Origin: Carpediemonas membranifera BICM
Taxonomy: Eukaryota > Protista > Fornicata
Length of the DNA stretch: 64,000 bases
NCBI GenBank assembly: GCA_019828565.1
Contig: JAHDYR010000012.1
Coordinates: 558,001 to 622,000, forward strand
Direction of reading: 5' to 3'
Positions 56,268-64,000 of the stretch are shown here, piece after piece (positions within the stretch are counted from its first letter, which is position 1; each line of letters opens with the position of its first letter). The position numbers and the translations under genes are program-made. The notes beneath the pieces were generated by a model that was not told the DNA's origin, searched no databases, and saw nothing but the letters and a program-made list of their open reading frames with translations.

Positions 56268-58286
56268 ATGGGTCGCAAGAAATCGAAGGGTGGTTCTGCT
56301 GCTCGTAAGAAGGCTATCAATGGCCGTCTTGTAGCTCTATACCACCAAGATCTCGAGGAAGCCCGTAAGGTTGTCCTGGATGCCGTCCCCGATGATATTC
56401 GGGAATGCATCAACGAGTTTGTTCGGTTGATGCCTGATAAGCGTAAGCGGGATTGCAAGTTCTTCGAGGGCCTCCGTTTCTTCTCCGAGGCGCAGCTGCA
56501 CATGATTCTCATCGTTGCAGGGCGGATTCTTATGAGCGAGCCAAACGTCCTCAAGCTGGACATTCCCAAGCCCGCGCTGCAACCCAGCGGTCGCGTCTCT
56601 CCCAAAAGCCCGCGTCTGGTGCTCATCGGGGACCAGCACGGCACGTGGAACGTACTCGACACGGTGCTGAACGAGAACCCGGCCATCGAGGAGAACGTGT
56701 ATGTGTTCAACGGAGACTACGTCGACAGGGGCTCCTTCGGCCTGGAGATCTTCATCTACCTCCTCTACCTCAAGATCAAGTACCCCAAGAACATCTATAT
56801 GCTCCGGGGCAACCACGAGATCACCGAGACCACTAATGTCTACCAGTTCCTTGCCGAGATCGAGCTCAAGTACGACACATCGTCCCAGCCCATCTTCTCC
56901 ATGTGCGCATGGGTCTTCCGTGCCCTCCCCCTCGCAGCCGTCATCGACAGCGCCGTCTTTGTTGTCCACGGTGGGTTGGGCCGGCCCAAGTTCTCCATAG
57001 AGAAGCTCAACCAGCTCAACCGGTTCCGGGACCCCACGCCATCCCCGATCAGGGCGGACTGCTCCCGGGCAGGCCCCAGCAGCGCCCTCGACGACCTCGA
57101 CGGCATGCTCAACTCCCAGCCCGACGAGGCCAAGGCCCCACCCGGTGTTCAGGACATGGCCGAGGAGTCCGACGACGACGACTACGATCCCGCCCCGCCT
57201 GTCCCCGAGACGGAGCCGTCGGCGTCCGAGTCCGACCTCAGCGACCCCGAGTTCATGCCCGACCCAACCGACGAGGAGCTGCTGCTGGACGTGTTGTGGT
57301 CCGACCCCGACCACGCCGGGGACCTCGAGCCCTACACGAATGCCATGGGCTGGTTCTACAATGTGTACAGGAACGTCGGCATCGTGTTCAACGAGGAGTA
57401 CGTCACCCGGTTCCTCGAGCAGGAGGGCCTCAAGATGGTCATCAGGTCGCACTCGTACGAAGAGCAGGGGTACAAGCGATACTTCGGGGGCAAGTGCCAC
57501 ACCATTTTCTCCGTCCCGAACTACATCCCCGACGAGAGCTCGACCGGCGCATACATCACGTTCACAGGGTCCTACGATAAGATGCGCATCAACAAGATCC
57601 GCTTCCACCCGATGATGGACCTCACCGACGAGGCCTCGTGCATCCCCATGGGCGTCACCATCCAGGGCCACACCGTCATGCAATCCTGGCCCCTAGTCGG
57701 CACCGCCCCCGGCAACGACGTCAAGAGCGTGCGAGTCATCCCACATGACTGCGACATGACGGCCTTCCTGGAGGCCGTCTACCTCATCGAGAAGGCCCCC
57801 AAGGTCACTTTCAGGGACGGTGTCACCGTACTCAAGCGGCTCAACGGTCTCCGGTCCGAACCCCGTGAGACCCTATTCGTCCGGCTGCCCCAGGCCGTCG
57901 AGGCGGACCAGAAAGCGCTCATGGCCGCGACGCTGCCGTTCGACGAGGTCTACGCGATGATCCCCGACGACCCGGTCGACCCGGACACCCAGGCCGCTGC
58001 ACCAGCCATGGTGACCATGTCGGAGCTGCAGGAGATGCTCGAGCGGGACGGCAACGGGCTCGAGATCGACATGACCGGCCTCAGTGCCGATGACCTCGTC
58101 CCCATTGGCCCGGACGGCCAGGTCACCCTGTCCATAGGGCCCGACGGCCGCGCCGTGCCAGCCGTGTTCCGAGACGTGTCGGCCAGCCCCAGCCCCAGCC
58201 CCGAGGCAGAGTCGACCACGGAGGCCGGGCCTGTCATGAGGAAGGCCAAGAAGGCGACCGGCCAGAAGGTTGCGCTGGAAGAGTGA
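56268..58286 (+). CDS. PPP-family Ser/Thr phosphatase (PP5/PP7-like, no TPR, acidic insert)
   Basis: GDQHG, GDYVDRG, LRGNHE, VHGG, LWSDP, RSH, FSVPNY. Confidence 0.92.
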   Translation: MGRKKSKGGSAARKKAINGRLVALYHQDLEEARKVVLDAVPDDIRECINEFVRLMPDKRKRDCKFFEGLRFFSEAQLHMILIVAGRILMSEPNVLKLDIPKPALQPSGRVSPKSPRLVLIGDQHGTWNVLDTVLNENPAIEENVYVFNGDYVDRGSFGLEIFIYLLYLKIKYPKNIYMLRGNHEITETTNVYQFLAEIELKYDTSSQPIFSMCAWVFRALPLAAVIDSAVFVVHGGLGRPKFSIEKLNQLNRFRDPTPSPIRADCSRAGPSSALDDLDGMLNSQPDEAKAPPGVQDMAEESDDDDYDPAPPVPETEPSASESDLSDPEFMPDPTDEELLLDVLWSDPDHAGDLEPYTNAMGWFYNVYRNVGIVFNEEYVTRFLEQEGLKMVIRSHSYEEQGYKRYFGGKCHTIFSVPNYIPDESSTGAYITFTGSYDKMRINKIRFHPMMDLTDEASCIPMGVTIQGHTVMQSWPLVGTAPGNDVKSVRVIPHDCDMTAFLEAVYLIEKAPKVTFRDGVTVLKRLNGLRSEPRETLFVRLPQAVEADQKALMAATLPFDEVYAMIPDDPVDPDTQAAAPAMVTMSELQEMLERDGNGLEIDMTGLSADDLVPIGPDGQVTLSIGPDGRAVPAVFRDVSASPSPSPEAESTTEAGPVMRKAKKATGQKVALEE

Positions 58287-58422
58287 GGGGACAGATAATA
58301 AGCTTGTAAACAGCGTCGGGTTTCTCGGCAATGGAAATGGGGCATGGGAGAAGTTACATGCCTCACGTAAAACGCTAAACTGCACCACGTACCATACAGA
58401 GCGGCGCGCAACCACAGAGAGC

Positions 58423-61400
58423 ATGCTTCAGAGCCCTCTTGAAGCTGCAGATCTTGTGAGTGAGATTGAGAATCGCTATGTGAATATGACATACCCAGAA
58501 CAGGTCGAATTCTGCAAGAAGTTTGCCACAGAGGTGATTGTCGAGTTTGACGTACGTAATACGCACTACCGTCCTCACACAGATGCTGAACATATACTTT
58601 GACGACACGGTTGAAGCCCGAGACCAATTGATCCGTCTCTTCGACATCCTCGTGTTCCGTTCGACTGACATCGATGGGACCATCGCTGCACTCAAGCACG
58701 CCCACCCGCCCCGCACATGCGGTCACACGTGGAGGCCAGGGTCGCGGGCGTACCGCTGCCTGACGTGCTGCCACGACCCGACGTCGGCCATCTGCATGAG
58801 CTGCTTTCGTGCCGGGGACCACGAGGGGCACAACTACCACCTCATATCGACCGGCGGGGGCTGCTGCGACTGCGGAAACGGCACTGCGATCTCCCGCGCG
58901 GGATTCTGCTGCCACCACAAGGGCTACGTCGAGGAGCCCATGGAGGACGTCCTCACCGACGTCGAGGAGTACGAGCACGCCGCCATTATTGTCTCAGCGC
59001 TCGTACAGACCGCCAGGACATGCCTGGACGTCTTCGCCCAGGCGCCCGAGATGGAGCAGCCTATGGTGCACTCACGCTACTTCACCACGGTCACCTACTT
59101 CATCGAGAAGCACGTCAGGGCAACCCGACTGGACTGGCTCACCCGCATCATCGGCATGACCCTGACCATCCCGACGCCTCTGGCCCGGGCGCTGGGTGGC
59201 ACGTGGCCGCGGCTGTCGGACTTTGCACAGACCAGTTCCTTCTTGGACACCCGCGACGTCGACGTCGAGACCATCCCGCTGCTGCCGTACTACCGCGAGC
59301 TCACGACACGCCGGCTGGTGGTGGTTACCGTCGATGAGCAGTGGGCGTCTATCGTACTGAACGTAATCAGCGATCCCCACGTCAAGCACGCCGTCCTGCC
59401 CCTGTTCTGTGTCTCCTTCTACGACAGCGTGCTCTGCGGCAGCGGGATCATCCCCAACCGGCCGTTCGGGACGCCCCTCCACCTCCCCCCGATCACATTG
59501 CCCCCACCGACCCCGAGGCTGGGCGGAATCTGGACGACACTGGACGTGCAGCTGCTGTCGATCCCGACGTACATCATGGAGGCGATGGACCGCTTCTATC
59601 TCATACCCGTCCTCGTCAACACGATGCTCGCATGCCTCGTGCCCTACACGTCCGAGGGCTCCCTCAAGATGCCCCCGCCCCTGCCCGACCTGACCCCCGA
59701 CTGCTCCAACTACTTCCCCCTCCGGCCATACCGCGCGGCGAGGTTTGTTCCCGAGCACATCTCGTCACCTGGGGCCTATTCAATGGCCCTGTACAACCTC
59801 AGCCTCGTCTTCGCACACGTTCCGGCCACCCAGCGCGTGCTCTTCCCCAAGTCCGGCCTGGTCTCGGCGCCATGGGCTGCCCTCATCGGCGTGCTCTCCT
59901 TGCTCCAGGGCATGGGCGGGCAGGTTCGGGTCCCGGAGAGCAGGCCCCACGTCGGCCAGGACGACGAACTGTGGCGCCAGACATTCAACCTCGAGTACGA
60001 CATCGAGAGCATCTACACCAGACTCGGCATGGGTGTGGCTGCGGGCCTGCAGGAGCTGCCCGCGGAGCTCTACTCGGGCGACGTTGCTCGCACCATCCCA
60101 CCCCCGCCGTCGCCGCGGTCGCCAGAGCTGCAGAAGGCCCTGCAGAACGTCTTCGTCCCCCTGCTGGCGAACGTCAAGGCGACGATGGCTGGGCAGCTCA
60201 AGGAGCCCGGACACAGGGCCCTGGAGGCGACGGACGGCACGCAGTTCAGCCCGCACATCATCCTGCACCGCTTCATCTCCCTCTTCCTCCGGGTTGTCCG
60301 CGAGCGGTGGGGCTACGACATCGCCGACATGCTGCCCGAGACGATGGAGTTTCTCTGCACGGACGGCATCGAGCGGCCCCGCCCGACGTCGACCCTGCTG
60401 GCCGTCCTGCCGCTCCGGGTGCACCTTCTAATCGCCCAGATGGTCTCTGGCTCCTGGGTCCGCAACGGCTCCTTTACCAGCGGCACCCTGCGACTCTACG
60501 GCAACACGTCGATGCTGTGGGAGAGCACGCTCGACCCCGACGTCCATCTGCTGCAGGTTTGCCTCGCTAACTCCCCCAACCCCGGAGAGCTCCTGGTCGA
60601 GATCCTCAACCTGTCCTGCTTCGTGCAGTCATCGGACGCCGCACCGGTCATCTCCATGCTCACGCCCGACAGGCTGCCGACGTTCATCGGTAAGATCATC
60701 CACCTCGTCGTCTCCCTCGTCACGACCCGCACGTGGCTCGGTGAGGGCGACGAGGCCGTCCTCCGCCGAGACCTTGCGCTGTCTCTGGGTGGCCGCAGCA
60801 TGTCGTACTCGGCCCTCATCCAGGCAGTCCGGGTCGGGCTGCGGGGCTCGCAGAAGGACGCTGCGGCCGAGATCATGCAGGTGCGGTCCCCCACCGCGAT
60901 GTTCGAGACCGCTGTGGCCGACCTATGCGACTTCACACCCGCCCAGGGCCTCAACGGCGGCACATACACCCTGAAGAAGGACGCATGGGCGCTGTACGAC
61001 ATTTACCATACCCACGCCGACGCCACGAATGTCGCCAGCGACATCGAGTCCTTCCGCCGGGTCGCCCCGGGCGCTGTCATGCCCTCCCTGGTGACGATGC
61101 CCGCCCCCTCCGCCCTCGCCGTTGACGGGAGCTGCCCCATGGTCGGTCTGGCGGCCGACCCGACTGTGCTCAGGCTCGTCTGGGCGATCTTCGTCCGGGC
61201 CACGACCCTCCCCGCCGCAGCCGTGCTGGCCTGCCTTCGTCTGCTCTTCGTCGGGCTGGGGAGCATGCCCGACACGCCCGAGCTGCCCCTGAACCTGACG
61301 ACCGTCTTCCACGGGTCGTACCAGGAGATGATGCTGTGCTGTCTCGCCGTGCCCGAGGGCATCGCATTCACCCCAGTCGGGCGGGAGGACGACGGCACCG

Positions 61401-63529
61401 CCTGCCTCGTGGACCTCGTCTTCGCCGCCTCGGTGGCCAATCCCAAGAGCCCGCTGGCGTCGGTCGCCGACTACGCCAAGATCGTCCGCGGCCAGATGGC
61501 CCGTGTGGGGCTGCGCGGCGTCATCGCTGCCATGACGGCGTATAACAGCGCTGTGCAGGTTCCAGAGGGCGAGAGCCTCAAGGAGCGCGCCGCCAAGCTC
61601 GCTGCTGACCGTCTGAAGCGACTCCAAGAGAGTCAGAAGCGGTTCCTGTCGACGTCGGCTCTGCCCAAGGACCCCGAGACCCCCGACACCGGCACCGACT
61701 GTGGCACCTGCCCCATCTGCCACAAGCTGCTCGTGGCAGACGGAGACCCGTTCGGCTTCCTCTACCATGTCACGGGCTCGTCACTGCCGGCACATACGGC
61801 CTGGGGCGCTGAGGGGGCGGTCGCGGGGAGGCCCGGGGACCGCGAAAGCAAGGCTCTCGCCGCGATGCTGGAGTGGGCCGGCCAGCCCGACGAGGTGGCG
61901 GCCGACCAGATGCGGCTCGACCGGGGCCTCGCGATGGCCGAGATCCTGTCGGGCGTGCGATCGGACTTCCTCAGCCGGAACTTCCTGGGGTTACAGACGA
62001 ACCTGCAGACGCTGCGGGCGCTGTTCGAGGCCGAGACGGGCCGAATGAGGACGGCCCCGTCGATCGATGCCATGGTCGGTCGGGTCGTTGACTACTTGCT
62101 CGACCTCGACAACCACGACCAGGAGGTGACCGGCCCGACGGTGCAGCGGTCCCTGGGCCGTCTCATCACGTCCGTCTTCGGCCGGCACCGCACGCTGGCC
62201 TTCCCATTCCTGCGGATCTGCGATAAGGAGGCGACACACCCTCACCTCGGCGGGTGTGGCCACCTCGTTCACGTCAAGTGCTTCATGGAGCACCGGGCGG
62301 CCCAGCTCGAGCACTCAAAGACGCTGAGCCGCGTCTCGGGGGCCGAGCCGCTGATCTTCCGAGAGATCTCGTGCCCCTTGTGCAAGGCCGTGACGACCGG
62401 CATCATGCAGCACCCAGCCTGCACCCAACCGACCGGCCCTGATCCCCACATCCACATCCGGCAGCTGTGCTCCTGGACCAGGCCCGTGGTGCGGGGCGAC
62501 ATCACGCGGTACCAGCTTACCCGTCTCGGGGCATCCCCGGGCATGCAGGAGGGCAAGATCATCGCCCGGCTCGCAGTCGCCCTGCACTCTGTGGCATATA
62601 CGGCCATCTGCCTCGACATGGCGTGCTCGGCACCCACGAGGGAGCTGGCGCACGGCCCGCACTACCTCGAGAACCGCGTCCAGATCCTGGCGGCCACCCT
62701 CGGGTCGGTCCTCGCCCTGCTGAGGGACACAGACCGCCAGCTGCTGGACAGACTTGTCGAGACCGCCCAGGGCTTCTCCTGCCCCGAGGACCTCCTCGAC
62801 GGCGGCATCACCGCCATGCTCCTGAAGACATGCGCCCGGGCCGTGACGAGCTCCAGTGGACCCGAGCAGTGCGAGCCCCTGGCCCTGCCCGACCTCAGCG
62901 GGGTGCCGGGGGGCGTCGTGCGGGCCCTGCAGGGCCAGGTCGCCATCCTCAACGCCGCGTTCGAGATGCTCTCGGTGGTCTCCGTCCCGGGCCCCGACAC
63001 TGCACTGCAGCGCCACTCGACCGCCGTCTCCCTCGATGCCCAGCTGAGTGGCATGCCCCGCCTCTCTCCCCTGATCCTGACGATCCCCTGGACGGACTTG
63101 CTGGACATGTTCCATGACACATACGAGGCGTCGTGTTCCAACTGCGGCGGCTCGTACAGCACCGCGACAGAGCTGTTCGTCTGCCTGCTCTGCGGGGCGA
63201 AGTTCTGCAGCCATTGCGAGGATTCGATCGAGTTCGACTCGATGCGGACCCACGGGTTCGTCCACGGCACGATGTTCCCCCTCATCGCGCTGAAGACGGG
63301 CCTTGTCACCATCTACCACGACCCCCGCGTCGTCGTGTGGAACGCAGTCCACCTCGACCAGCACGGGGAGGCAGACCCCCAGCTGCAGCGGGGCCGGGCC
63401 ACAACACTGTGCCCGGCCCGGCTGGACGAGCTGCACGCGTACCTGCTGCACCACGTGCCGACGACGGGGCCGAAGCTGCTGGGGGACGCGAGGGTGCTGT
63501 TTACCCACCACCGCGACACGTCGCCATGA
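58423..63529 (+). CDS. UBR1/PRT6-like N-recognin E3 ubiquitin ligase; 31-nt intron 58552-58582
   Basis: UBR box CGH...YRCLTC...CMSCF...HEGH...GGCCDCG; WVRNG; RING-like CPIC...CGHLVHVKC...CPLC; C-terminal HLDQHGEAD; intron GTACGT...CACACAG in phase 0. Confidence 0.93.
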
Positions 63530-63596
63530 TAAAGTATACTGTTAAAACATGCACACCAGAGGCTGCTTTTTATTGGTATCGGTCGAGCAACCAGCC

Positions 63597-64000
63597 CTAC
63601 AGCCCGGGCCGCACGCCCTGCCTCGACGTCGCCGTCCGCACCTCGTCGACAACCTGGCGGAACTGCACCCTGAGCGCCTCCAGCTCGGCCTGGCCCTGTT
63701 TGCGGAGTTGCTCGCTCTGGTCGAGTTGGGCTCTCAGCCGCATGACCTCGAGCTCCAGCGCATGGACCCGCGCCTGCTCCTCGGTCAGCCGGCGGAACGA
63801 CTCCCGCTCGGCGTCCTGGGCCTCTCTGACGACGTCAAAGGATCTGCTCGACTCAGTGGAGCGGGCCTGCTGCATTTCAAAGATGCAGTTCACCGTTGCC
63901 TTCAAGGATTGGTCTAGAGACTTATTCCGCGCTATCAGCGCCTGTACGCTGCTGCTGGTGATCACGTTGGTCTCTGAGCACACGCCCAACGACGCTCCCG
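63597..64000 (-). CDS. Coiled-coil protein, 5' part outside window
   Basis: Open frame with E/R/Q-rich heptads and host-like codon usage. Confidence 0.6.
   Translation of the reverse strand, partial: GASLGVCSETNVITSSSVQALIARNKSLDQSLKATVNCIFEMQQARSTESSRSFDVVREAQDAERESFRRLTEEQARVHALELEVMRLRAQLDQSEQLRKQGQAELEALRVQFRQVVDEVRTATSRQGVRPGL

Noticed and set aside
47773-63917. Long antisense and alternate-frame ORFs over host genes (e.g. 53388..54509, 56337..57683, 62315..63511)
   Set aside because: Shadow ORFs caused by high GC3 codon bias

Overview
Eukaryotic sequence from a compact, GC-rich microbial eukaryote. Spliceosomal introns are only 29-31 nt (GT(A/T)CGT donors); a free-living metamonad is a plausible guess, by inference only. 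Bases 1-~47.3 kb are a nested transposon island. (i) A large DNA transposon (<1-20545) ends in ...CACAGTATG and encodes a Transib/RAG1/CMC-like DDE transposase and a divergently transcribed PHD-finger gene. (ii) A 9.2-kb relative with 74-bp TIRs and a 2-bp CT TSD (6876-16104) has inserted into that PHD gene. (iii) Both regions carry a mosaic cargo module: an OTU-like protease and an apparently catalytically dead tyrosine-recombinase-like protein. (iv) Two chromodomain Ty3/Gypsy elements are present, plus an in-frame chimera of the two. (v) Two copies of an APE-type LINE sit in one gag gene; their ORF1 carries a Maelstrom/arenavirus-NP-like DEDDh nuclease with an E-C-H-C zinc site. (vi) A CRE-like RT fragment closes the island. 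From 47.8 kb on are dense host genes: long-chain acyl-CoA synthetase, MKP1-like dual-specificity phosphatase, an alphaproteobacterial-looking pyruvate kinase, a RING-H2 protein, a PP5/PP7-like phosphatase, a UBR1-like E3 ligase and a partial coiled-coil gene. All protein family calls come from motif recognition by eye, not from database searches.
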